Shown here piece after piece: positions 10,476 through 20,056 of a stretch of 64,000 bases of DNA (position 1 is the stretch's first letter; each line of letters opens with the position of its first letter). Both the position numbers and the translations under genes were made by a program. The stretch is from positions 3,552,001-3,616,000 of the forward strand of contig OY820579.1 of the NCBI GenBank assembly GCA_963681965.1, given 5' to 3'. The DNA is from a bacterium. Its GTDB lineage: Bacteria > Electryoneota > JAOADG01. The notes below the pieces were generated by a model that worked only from the letters and a program-made list of their open reading frames with translations, was not told the origin of the DNA and did not search any database.

Positions 10476-11611
10476 CGTTTCAATTTCGCTACAGCAGCTA
10501 CAGTATATTCGATTTCATCGACAGTATTAAACGACGAGAGACTAAACCGGATCGTGCCATCCGGAGAACTTCCCAAAGAGGGATTAATCAACGGAGCACA
10601 ATGCAATCCTGCTCGACACTCAATTCCGAAACTTTCCTGCAGCACCATCGCAGCATCGTCGCAATTCCAACCGCTAAGATTGAAAGAAACGATTCCGACA
10701 GCAGGTGCATCCGTTGCTCCGTAAATTGTTACCCCTTTGATTTGACGAAGTCCATCGATCAAATATTTTCGCAACCTCGCAATTTCTTGATGAATTGTTG
10801 CAGCATTCGATCGATACCACTCAACGGCACGAGACATTCCTGCTATTGCAGGAATATTCATCGTTCCGGCTTCGTGGCGCATCGGTAACTCGGGTGGATG
10901 GAATTCCAGAGTACTCCGTACACCTGTTCCACCGACGATCAGTTGACTCAATTCTAAATCGGTTGCACAAAGCATTCCGGCGATTCCGGAAGGTCCATGC
11001 AATCCTTTATATCCCGTGAATGCGATGATATCTGCCGACAATTTGTTCGCATCCAAATCGATCGCTCCGACCGTTTGTGCGGCATCGAGCAAAGTAATCG
11101 ACCCGGCAGATTTCGCAGCGGCGAACAGTCGCTGAATCGGAAAAATCAAGCCCGTAACATTCGAGGCGTGCGTCATTACGACTAATTTCGGTCTCCGAGC
11201 CAGTGCAAGCTGATATTGCATTTCATTTAACGATCCATCCGGCAACAAATCGACTAGTATCAGCTCGAACGGAATCCGCTGTTGAAGATGACGTAACGGT
11301 CGCAATACCGAATTGTGTTCTGCAAGGGTTGTCACAACACAATCGGACGGTTGAAGATCGATTCCGAAAATCGATAAATTTAACGCATAAGTAAGATTGG
11401 GGGTGAAGATGATTCGCTCGGGTAGATTCCAATGAAACATTTCCGCAAGCGTTGTTCGAGTCGGATTCACCCAATCGTATCGAAGAACCGATCCCCGTCC
11501 AGCATGTGCGGGCGGCTCATTCATAACATCACAGACAGTCTCCGTAACATTCGGTGCTACCGGAAATCCACCTGCGGCATTATTCAAATAAATTTTCTTT
11601 GCATCGACCAT
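10472..11611 (-). CDS. Cysteine desulfurase family protein (aminotransferase class V, group II-like)
   Basis: EHNS, HASN, DAAQ, TGYK (PLP Lys), EAGT and RAGLHCA (catalytic Cys). Confidence 0.88.
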   Translation of the reverse strand: MVDAKKIYLNNAAGGFPVAPNVTETVCDVMNEPPAHAGRGSVLRYDWVNPTRTTLAEMFHWNLPERIIFTPNLTYALNLSIFGIDLQPSDCVVTTLAEHNSVLRPLRHLQQRIPFELILVDLLPDGSLNEMQYQLALARRPKLVVMTHASNVTGLIFPIQRLFAAAKSAGSITLLDAAQTVGAIDLDANKLSADIIAFTGYKGLHGPSGIAGMLCATDLELSQLIVGGTGVRSTLEFHPPELPMRHEAGTMNIPAIAGMSRAVEWYRSNAATIHQEIARLRKYLIDGLRQIKGVTIYGATDAPAVGIVSFNLSGWNCDDAAMVLQESFGIECRAGLHCAPLINPSLGSSPDGTIRFSLSSFNTVDEIEYTVAAVAKLKR

Positions 11612-11874
11612 TAGTAGTAATAAACTATGTCAATTTCTTCTTGACAATATGCGATCGTAATTGGTTAAAAATTTATCGGTTCATATTGAAACCGACTGTA
11701 ACGTAACGATTTTCGACAATAGAATTAACGGTTTGAATTGTTATCGGGTGAATCCCGCAATCGTGCGTCTTTGTTGTTTTTGATTGGATCTAAACAGAAT
11801 TTTTAGTAACTTATCGGGATTATTATTTCTAATTAATAATTACAACTTCAAATTATCCATCAGCGGTGGTTGAT

Positions 11875-13881
11875 ATGCGACTGAAAAATATTTTTTTCTT
11901 ACTTCTACTCTTCATATTCATCGGAGTAACAATTTGCGCTGCAGAAGTGAAGAAAGATCCTTTAGATCGCGCACTCTCCGATCTGCAATTGACACGAGCA
12001 AGCTTACAAGTAGATCCAACATTTATGACCCTTCGCAGTACTGCAACCCGATGGCAATTACCGATTTTTGATGTCTGGTTCAATCACCCGTCGGAAATTC
12101 CGTTCTGGGAAAGTCAAATTCGAACCGGGCTACATAATTCGGAGGGTAGATTGCACAATCTCCAGCTCAATTCGGCTTCATTACTGGGTTGGGGCACTCG
12201 TCGCGAATTAATTCCACCCTCTCCCGCTCAGCGAATTTGGGCACTCGCGCAAGAGCCGAATGCATTGGAGAACGCGATTCACTCACTCGATAGTTCTGCA
12301 ATTATTCCAGATGTTTCACAATTACCAATCTCACTTCAGCACTCGATTGCCGCGATATTGTTCGGTGCAAACAACGCGTTACAATGGCGGAATGAAGCGT
12401 TACGTAAGCTCTCTGCCGTGGAACGCGATTCCTTGTATCATACGCTTGCTCAACCCTCGGAGTTGCCGAAGAGTATTACCGATACAATGCAAACTTCCAC
12501 TCCCCAATTTGAAGTCAGCGGATATCATTGGTTGATCGATCATCTCGATGAAATCGATTACCGCTCGATGATGGCAGGTGCCGACGATTTTACTGCTACC
12601 ATCGATATGGTTCTCGATTCGTTGCCGATATCAACTACTAAGCAATCATTTCAGTTCAGTTGCAAGACTCGTTACGGTTGGATCGAAGTTAATGGATCGA
12701 ACTCTGACAATTATATCGCAAATCGACACTATCTACTCATTTTCGATACCGGTGGAGACGACATTTACGAAACAGGTGGTTGTACCAGCAGTGCAGAACT
12801 TCCCATCGGTATAACGATCAATCTAGCGGGAAATGACACGTATCGAAATTCGACCCGGAAACCGGCATTCGGCGCTGGAATTCTCGGTTACGGTTTTCTA
12901 ATCGATGCGGAAGGAAACGACCATTATATTTCGGATTACTATTCACTAGGATCCGGTGTTGCTGGTAGCGGGATTTTATGCGATTATTCCGGCGACGATT
13001 CGTATCGCTCGATCAGCTCGGCTCAGGGATTTGGTTTTTGCGGAACCGGAGTATTGGCTGATAAATCCGGCAACGACCGCTACGAAGCCTTTGTTCAAAG
13101 TCAAGCCTGTGGGTTGCCGCAAGGAACTGGTTTACTGATCGATCTAGCAGGTGACGATCATTACATCGCGAATGATAGTTTGATTGAATTTCCCAGTGCC
13201 CAAACCAAAGAGCACAATTCCAGTATGTGCCAAGGGGCTGGTTTCGGTTTTCGACGCGACTTCATCGATGGTCAATCGGTCGCGGGTGGATTCGCTTTTC
13301 TTTACGATGCCGCCGGAAACGACGAATACTTTGGCGGCGTTTTCGCTCAAGCAGTTGGCTATTGGTATGGAATCGGCGTTGTTGACGACAACGATGGCAA
13401 CGATTCCTACCGAGGTGTCTGGTACAATCAATCGGCAACTGCACACTTCGGCGTTAGTTATATCCACGATCGCGCTGGTGACGATCGCTACAAATCGTTG
13501 ATGACGATGGCAATGGGCGCAGCTCATGATTTCTCAGTTAGTCTGCTGTTCGATGAGCACGGAAACGACCGGTACGACGCTGCTTCGAATGCGGTTGGAC
13601 GCTCGCTGAATAGTAGTGTCGCACTGTTTGTCGATCAATCCGGTGACGATTGGTATAGTGTCAGTGCGAATCTCGGTGAATGTCTTAATGAATCATCCAT
13701 TGGTATCCGGGCAGCAATGGCGAGCATTGCGATCTTTCTCGACCTTGATGGAAACGATAAGTATCTGAACACAAAATTCTTGAATGGAAAGTCGAGGATC
13801 CAAACAGTTTCAGCTCCGTTACCTAAACTTTACGGAATCGGTGCCGATATCAATCAAAGTTCACCGCTTCGCTGGCGCTAG
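11875..13881 (+). CDS. Secreted protein with 12 [D/N]xxG[N/D]DxY repeats (putative Ca-binding solenoid)
   Basis: Signal peptide; repeats such as DTGGDDIY, DAEGNDHY and DKSGNDRY in the C-terminal half. Confidence 0.8.
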   Translation: MRLKNIFFLLLLFIFIGVTICAAEVKKDPLDRALSDLQLTRASLQVDPTFMTLRSTATRWQLPIFDVWFNHPSEIPFWESQIRTGLHNSEGRLHNLQLNSASLLGWGTRRELIPPSPAQRIWALAQEPNALENAIHSLDSSAIIPDVSQLPISLQHSIAAILFGANNALQWRNEALRKLSAVERDSLYHTLAQPSELPKSITDTMQTSTPQFEVSGYHWLIDHLDEIDYRSMMAGADDFTATIDMVLDSLPISTTKQSFQFSCKTRYGWIEVNGSNSDNYIANRHYLLIFDTGGDDIYETGGCTSSAELPIGITINLAGNDTYRNSTRKPAFGAGILGYGFLIDAEGNDHYISDYYSLGSGVAGSGILCDYSGDDSYRSISSAQGFGFCGTGVLADKSGNDRYEAFVQSQACGLPQGTGLLIDLAGDDHYIANDSLIEFPSAQTKEHNSSMCQGAGFGFRRDFIDGQSVAGGFAFLYDAAGNDEYFGGVFAQAVGYWYGIGVVDDNDGNDSYRGVWYNQSATAHFGVSYIHDRAGDDRYKSLMTMAMGAAHDFSVSLLFDEHGNDRYDAASNAVGRSLNSSVALFVDQSGDDWYSVSANLGECLNESSIGIRAAMASIAIFLDLDGNDKYLNTKFLNGKSRIQTVSAPLPKLYGIGADINQSSPLRWR

Positions 13882-14024
13882 ACTAGTCATACAGTAGATG
13901 TGATCAAAGCACATCTTAATCGTGACAAATTCATTATATCGATTGCGAGCGAGCCATTCGGTTGATATTTTCGAAATATTCGTAACACTTGTAACAATTC
14001 ATTTAACCGAGAAAATACCAGGAA

Positions 14025-15914
14025 ATGACAGAATCGCTTTCACCAGTATTATTAAAACAGGCACTTGACTTTGCGATAGCTGTCGCACTAGATGCTGGCA
14101 AAAAACTTCGTGATGAATGGCACCGCCCATCGGGACCTAGAGGAATGGGCAGTCAAGCCGAGATCGATGTAATTATCGAGACTTCAATTCGCGCGAAATT
14201 GCTGGATGAATTTCCCGAGTGGGGATTTCAGGGAGAAGAAACCCGCCCACATTTATTCCCCGATGGTCAACCGTACTGGTGTGTCGATCCGAACGATGGT
14301 ACAATCGAATATGTAAAAGGTACCCGCGGATCAACCGTATCGATCGGTCTTATCTACAATCATCAACCTGTTCTCGGTGTTGTTTTTTCACCGATGTCTC
14401 CGGATGATGATGGTGATTTATTCACTTGGTGCGAAGGTGAACCTGCGTGCCGAAATGGCAATTTATTGCCGATGTTATCGTCCGATGTAATGGTCGAAGA
14501 TCAGGTGATGCTCGCGGCGATGAATGCCGACAAGAAATTTCATGTCAACTTAATGCTGATCGCTCCGGCTCGATTCCGGATTGCCAACAGTATTGCCCAC
14601 CGTCTCGCATTGACCGCAGCCGGCGAAGCCGACATCGGTGTGTCGATCAACAATCCGAAGAGTTGGGATATCGCCGCTGGTCATGCAATTTTGCGTGGTG
14701 TCGGTGGAATAGTCTGTAGCGAATTGGAACAGCCAATCGAGTATACTGCCCATGGCGAATTGACACATCACGGAAAATGGCTCTACGGCGGACATCCATC
14801 GATTATCTCGATGTACGCCGACAACAGTTGGGAAGAGATTTTTAAAGTTAAACCCGATATCACTGGATTAGACGAACCACCGTATCCAACGCGATTGATA
14901 CCGGGTCTGCATTTCCGCGGTGAATCTGCGATTCTGCGACGGGCACATGGTTGCCTGATCGGTCAGTTGGCGGGCGATGCGCTAGGAACCACAGTCGCGT
15001 ATCGCATGACTGATGAAATTTCGAGCCGTTATCCCGAAGGACAACCCTTGACGATGCAAGGGGAAGGTGCTTGGGATACTCTGGCAGGTCAACTTTCCGA
15101 TGCGTCGGAATTGGCGCTAATGCTGGCACGATCGATCGTCTCCGGACGCTGTTACGATGCCGAAACGGCAGCTCGGTATTACACCTGGTGGTTTCGCAGC
15201 GACCCGTTCGATGTCGGAAATACGTTACGAAATGCATTGGAAGCGGCAACTGAGGCTCGCTTTGCCGTTGCGGTAACCGCCATTGCTGCCGCCAGTCGCT
15301 ACCGGATGAGCGAAGCGAGTGGTGCTTTGATGCGCGTTGCACCGTTGGGGATCTACGGGTGGCAGATGAATCCCGACACCCTTGCCGAAGATGCAATGCT
15401 CGATGCACAGCTAACTCATGCTTCACCGGTCTGTTTAGGAGCCAATGCCGTATTTGCGATAGCGATTGCTTCGGCGATTCGCACTGGCGACCGCAATGAA
15501 ACCTATCAGACGGTTTTGCGCTGGGCAAAAATTCATGCGATCCCGGCAGTAACCGATGCGATCACTGCAGCACAATCCGACCTACCCGTCGACTACCTCT
15601 CCAACAAAGGATGGGTTCTGGTCGCACTGCAGAATGCCTTCTACCACTTTCTCCGTGATGACAAGATCGAACCGGCAATCGAGGCTACTATTCGACGCGG
15701 TGGCGATGCCGATACCAATGCCGCGATCTGCGGTGCGTTGCTGGGAGCATTACTCGGGCGCGAGGCAATTCCGCTATTATGGCGTAAAATGTTATTGAGC
15801 TGTCATCCGGCGGATGGCTTTGCCCACATTCAACAACCCCGTCCCCCGGCGGCGTGGGGTACTGATGCAGAAACTCTCGCAGAATTATTGCTCGTATCAG
15901 GGTTGGATAAATAG
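14025..15914 (+). CDS. Inositol monophosphatase family - ADP-ribosylglycohydrolase fusion
   Basis: N-half has GEE, WCVDPNDGT and WDIAAG; C-half has GDALG, GALMR and GGDADTNAAICGALLGA. Confidence 0.88.
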   Translation: MTESLSPVLLKQALDFAIAVALDAGKKLRDEWHRPSGPRGMGSQAEIDVIIETSIRAKLLDEFPEWGFQGEETRPHLFPDGQPYWCVDPNDGTIEYVKGTRGSTVSIGLIYNHQPVLGVVFSPMSPDDDGDLFTWCEGEPACRNGNLLPMLSSDVMVEDQVMLAAMNADKKFHVNLMLIAPARFRIANSIAHRLALTAAGEADIGVSINNPKSWDIAAGHAILRGVGGIVCSELEQPIEYTAHGELTHHGKWLYGGHPSIISMYADNSWEEIFKVKPDITGLDEPPYPTRLIPGLHFRGESAILRRAHGCLIGQLAGDALGTTVAYRMTDEISSRYPEGQPLTMQGEGAWDTLAGQLSDASELALMLARSIVSGRCYDAETAARYYTWWFRSDPFDVGNTLRNALEAATEARFAVAVTAIAAASRYRMSEASGALMRVAPLGIYGWQMNPDTLAEDAMLDAQLTHASPVCLGANAVFAIAIASAIRTGDRNETYQTVLRWAKIHAIPAVTDAITAAQSDLPVDYLSNKGWVLVALQNAFYHFLRDDKIEPAIEATIRRGGDADTNAAICGALLGALLGREAIPLLWRKMLLSCHPADGFAHIQQPRPPAAWGTDAETLAELLLVSGLDK

Positions 15915-16081
15915 TATCATCAACTAATTTTTTGTCTTGATGATCGACCGTATTTTTACTTATCAATGCATGCCATTAAAGACTTCTTTCGATTTGATCG
16001 TATTATCGTAAATCGCAATCGAATCCCAATCCGATCGATGCATCCGATTCAATTTTCAAAGCAAAATAGTAGAGTGACAGA

Positions 16082-17233
16082 TTGAAACCTACGATACAAA
16101 AGATGGAAGAATTACTCGAGCAGATTAATCAATTTCGAAAACAGGGTCGGAATGCCGCACAGCACGAGCAGCTTGACGAGGCACTAAATCTTTTCGAACA
16201 AGCATTGACAATCGCTAGAACACTGGGAGATAATAAAATCATCGCTGGCGTGGTTTCCGATTTAGCAATTGTGAGGATGCGACGAAATGAGTTCGAAGAA
16301 TTCTATTTTCTCAACGATGAGGCGATTCGACTTTATGAAGAGATCTGCGATAGCTATCAGATTGCGCGAGTAAAATTAAATCTGTCGCATTTTCACATGA
16401 ACCAAGGGCGTTTAGACCTCGCAGTCGATCTAATCAACCAATCGTTGCCAATAGCGATCGAATTGGGTGATCGAAGAATGCAAGGCGTTGCCTATCACAA
16501 TCTAGGTGCGATCGCCGTATCGAAAGGGCAGTTGGATCATGCCGCCGACATGTTGAAACTTGCGGTCGAGATCGAAAATGAGTTTATGATCAATGATCCA
16601 TCGGCGCGGCTAAGCTATGCTCGAATATTACTTGAATTGAACCGAGGCGATGATGCTCAGAACATCATGGATCAGGTATTCGAACTCTTATCAAAGAATC
16701 CGCAACAACGTCAAGCGGGAATTGCTTATGAGGTGCTCGGTAATCTTCAGGCAAATCGCGGTGAATACGACAACGCAATCGCATCGTTTCAAACGGCATT
16801 GACATTCTCGCGCGAGGTTCGCAATATCCGTTACGAAGTAGCTGCACTCGTGGGACTGGGAAATGTCCAAACACAGATGGGCAATTACGAAGAAACGATT
16901 CGATTGATGGAACTGGCAATTCCTTTGTGTCAGGAAATTGAGGATCTTCGAAGTGAAAGTAGTACGTTACTGATGTTGGCGCGCGCGAGTTGTATAACTG
17001 GTCGATCGGAAGAAGCTTATCATCAGGCACATCGAGCGCTTGAACTGGCACGAAATCTTAGCGACAAAAGAACCGAAGCGGAAGCATTGGTCGAACTTGG
17101 ACATATCGAATTTGCCCTATCTGAAATAGACGGGGCACGAGATTGTTTTCAAATGGCGCTTGAATTATATCGTAATATTGGCGATCCGACACACATCGCA
17201 TCAACTCAGGCTGCACTCGACCGCATTAAATAA
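16082..17233 (+). CDS. Tetratricopeptide repeat protein
   Basis: Tandem ~40-aa helical repeats (e.g. GVAYHNLGAI, AALVGLGNV). Confidence 0.85.
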   Translation: MKPTIQKMEELLEQINQFRKQGRNAAQHEQLDEALNLFEQALTIARTLGDNKIIAGVVSDLAIVRMRRNEFEEFYFLNDEAIRLYEEICDSYQIARVKLNLSHFHMNQGRLDLAVDLINQSLPIAIELGDRRMQGVAYHNLGAIAVSKGQLDHAADMLKLAVEIENEFMINDPSARLSYARILLELNRGDDAQNIMDQVFELLSKNPQQRQAGIAYEVLGNLQANRGEYDNAIASFQTALTFSREVRNIRYEVAALVGLGNVQTQMGNYEETIRLMELAIPLCQEIEDLRSESSTLLMLARASCITGRSEEAYHQAHRALELARNLSDKRTEAEALVELGHIEFALSEIDGARDCFQMALELYRNIGDPTHIASTQAALDRIK

Positions 17234-17268
17234 TTTCACAGTGAGAACACAAAGATGATTCTTCTTTT

Positions 17269-17300
17269 GCCTCAAGAGCCAGCTTGAGGCTTATTTATTT
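17269..17300 (+). terminator. Intrinsic terminator
   Basis: GCCTCAAG-N6-CTTGAGGC followed by a T-rich tail. Confidence 0.7.
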
Positions 17301-17463
17301 GTGGTTCACATAAGTAAGTTGTTTTCGGTTGTACAACATCTCCCCACCATCCGCTTGAAAGTCAGACTAAGCCTGACACCGAATTGTTCCAACTGATATT
17401 TGACAATTAATAATTAAATCATTCACATTCTTAAAGTTCCACTTCTGAATTATCAATATGATA

Positions 17464-17524
17464 GACAAGTTTCTTTGACATTATGACAAGTCTACTTGAC
17501 ATCATTAATAATTGCGACTATCTT
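17464..17524 (+). promoter_or_regulatory. Sigma70 promoter with tandem operator-like repeats
   Basis: TTGACA (17496) -17 bp- TATCTT (17519); repeats GACAAGTTTCTTTGACA (17464) and GACAAGTCTACTTGACA (17485). Confidence 0.65.
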
Positions 17525-17638
17525 CTACCAACGATCGAACGAGAGGGGAAAATCGTGACGATCTTTTTTCTAAGCAGCTCAGTTCGACAGAATACAGATC
17601 ACGATCATCAAGAAGAACAATCGACGACACCCGAGACG

Positions 17639-17848
17639 ATGAAAACTAATCTTCGCAAAATTCGCTTCGAGCACGGTGAACTTAGCCAACAGCAGTTAGC
17701 GGATTTGGTTGGAGTCTCGCGTCAAACGATTGTATCGATCGAACACGGCGATTACGCCCCTTCGGTGAAACTCGCCTTGATTATCGCCGAACAATTGAAT
17801 GTCACTATCGAGCAGCTCTTCACACTGGAAACGAAAGATTATACTTAG
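17639..17848 (+). CDS. XRE/Cro-family HTH transcriptional regulator
   Basis: LSQQQLADLVGVSRQTIVSIEHGDYAPS; start placed at MKTNLR. Confidence 0.9.
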   Translation: MKTNLRKIRFEHGELSQQQLADLVGVSRQTIVSIEHGDYAPSVKLALIIAEQLNVTIEQLFTLETKDYT

Positions 17849-18005
17849 TGTTCTAGAAACATGATCCGGTGTATGGCGTGCTTCAGTGGTGTGTCTTGAA
17901 GCTTTTGTATTCCTTCAATACACAATAAAAATGATTTTAACACTGACTTTGTCGAAGTAATTTCGTTGGAAAGAGTTCCTTGGGGGGAACGGAAAGGAAG
18001 TTAAA

Positions 18006-18974
18006 ATGTACCGTATTATCGTTATTCTGATCGTTTGTTCGCTTGTGAGTATCAGTGCGCTTGCCGCAACCAATGCCGATTCATCGAAATATTATTTGCA
18101 ACAGGGGCGCGAGCAATTCAAGTCGAATAAGCTTACCGATGCGCTGGAATCGATGAACAAAGCGATTGGTTTCGATTCTAAAAATGAAGAAGCATGGCGA
18201 GGCAAGGGCGTTGTGCTGTGGCGGATGGATAAACAGGATGAATCGATTGAGGCGACTGAGAAAGCTTTGGAATTGAAACCAACCGACGATATCGCATGGA
18301 TCAATAAAGGTCGCGCTTACATGCGCAAGGGTGATTCCGAAAAAGCGCTGAAATCGTTCGAAAATGCCGGCGATTTGAATCCCAAGAGCGAGGAAGCATT
18401 GATGGGTCAGTTTGCGATGTTACGCGAATTGAATCGTCCGAAGGAGATGCTGCAACCCTTAAATAAGATGATTGCGGCAGATCCGAAGGATCCAATGCGC
18501 TGGATGCGTAAAGCAATGGAAGCTGCCGAATCCGGAATGCCGGATACCGCGCTAGCGACATTCAATACCTTAGGCGATATGCTTCCCGATAGTGCCTGGG
18601 TCTGGATTGGCAAAGGACAGTGTTTAGCCGGGATGAAGAAATACGACGACGCGCTGAAAGCACTCGATGTAGCCACCAAAAAGAATCCCAATGCCTTAGA
18701 TGGTTGGAATGTTAAGGGGTCGATTTTGTCAACCTTGAAACGATACGACGAAGCGATCGACTGCTACAATAAAGCAATCGCAATTGATTCGAAAGTAATC
18801 GAACCGGTATACAATCGTGCGTGCGCAAACGCCCTCAAAGGGGACAAGAAAAAAGCACTCATCGATTTGAAAGCGTGTATCGATCAGTCGGGTGAATGGA
18901 AGAAATCGGCGCAACATGACGACGATTTTAAATCGCTACGCGATGATCCCGAATTCAAGAAATTGACTGAATAA
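18006..18974 (+). CDS. Exported TPR protein
   Basis: Signal peptide, 34-aa TPRs (AWRGKG, AWINKG) and a C-terminal YNRAC...DDDFKSLR cap. Confidence 0.88.
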   Translation: MYRIIVILIVCSLVSISALAATNADSSKYYLQQGREQFKSNKLTDALESMNKAIGFDSKNEEAWRGKGVVLWRMDKQDESIEATEKALELKPTDDIAWINKGRAYMRKGDSEKALKSFENAGDLNPKSEEALMGQFAMLRELNRPKEMLQPLNKMIAADPKDPMRWMRKAMEAAESGMPDTALATFNTLGDMLPDSAWVWIGKGQCLAGMKKYDDALKALDVATKKNPNALDGWNVKGSILSTLKRYDEAIDCYNKAIAIDSKVIEPVYNRACANALKGDKKKALIDLKACIDQSGEWKKSAQHDDDFKSLRDDPEFKKLTE

Positions 18975-19133
18975 TTCGTATTCACAGCAGTAAATTGCCT
19001 TTTGTAGTGTGGGCGGACTACACCTCCGCGCGTAACTCAGTGACACCGTCTCGTGACAACTTATGATACATGGAAACTAAATGAATTTCAATCGGTACTT
19101 TATAGTAAGTGAAACATTAATTTTGGAAGTTTT

Positions 19134-19814
19134 ATGAAAGCAGTTCGATTCATTATCGCAGTTGGTTTTGTTGTTGCATTGATGTTGACGGGATGTGTTT
19201 CAACGCGATCGAATCTCCGTGGTGCCTACGTCGATACGGGTGTGAAGAAAAATCCCGAACCATCGGTGAGTGTGTTGTTTTATTTTACCCACACGAAACA
19301 ATCGCTTGGACTCGATGCGATTCCGAAAATCGTTCGCAAAGGAGCGATGATCGACAGTTTCGACGAAGTCTTCGGAAACTCATTGCGTGAAATAAGCAAT
19401 TTGGGAAAGTATGCAACCTTTACTGCAGAAGCTGGAGATGTCAATCAACCGGAACGACGCGCGAAACGCGACAGTTTAATGAGTCAATACGATTATACTA
19501 TCAAGTTGCGGGTAATCGAAGAGAAGAAGTTTACTTCCTATTTCTTTGCTGGATTTGTCACTACTGTTGGACTTTCGATTTTACCTGCACCCTACTATCA
19601 GTCATACCGATTGGAGACTGAAGTCTATACGCGCGATGGCAAACGGATTGCGACATATCAGCGGGATATGGATCTTGCCAAGTGGGTCGAGACATTTCTG
19701 ATTTTTGCTTATCCATTTTATCCCGAGACCCAAAAACGGGAAGAGATTTTTCTCGCGCTATTTCATGACACCTTTAAGCAGATTGATGCCGAACGGGTGT
19801 TGGCAAAACGATAA
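19134..19814 (+). CDS. Hypothetical lipoprotein
   Basis: Lipobox LTGC after a hydrophobic leader. Confidence 0.75.
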   Translation: MKAVRFIIAVGFVVALMLTGCVSTRSNLRGAYVDTGVKKNPEPSVSVLFYFTHTKQSLGLDAIPKIVRKGAMIDSFDEVFGNSLREISNLGKYATFTAEAGDVNQPERRAKRDSLMSQYDYTIKLRVIEEKKFTSYFFAGFVTTVGLSILPAPYYQSYRLETEVYTRDGKRIATYQRDMDLAKWVETFLIFAYPFYPETQKREEIFLALFHDTFKQIDAERVLAKR

Positions 19815-19850
19815 CGATCGCTGCGAAATCGTATGTTATCTTCAATAAAA

Positions 19851-19961
19851 GGGGCGGACAACCATGTCCGCCCCATTATTCTTCATTTCATCTTTTCCCA
19901 ATTCCCAACACCTATTACCTAATCCCCATCTTTTCAGGTAGGGGCGGTTCGCGAACCGCCC
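19851..19961. repeat. REP-like hairpins (terminator/REP pair)
   Basis: GGGGCGGACA-ACCA-TGTCCGCCCC (19851-19874) and GTAG-GGGCGGTTC-GC-GAACCGCCC (19938-19961). Confidence 0.7.
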
Positions 19962-20056
19962 GTGTCCATGGATAATGCGCAAATATTTCCGAATTTGCGA
20001 TCTAATATTTCAGCGAATATCGCGCGAGAATATTTTTTTGATAACGATGTCATCTC

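Noticed and set aside
17483-17638. 52-aa N-terminal extension of the XRE regulator
   Set aside because: It begins upstream of the predicted -10 box; the HTH domain starts at 17639.
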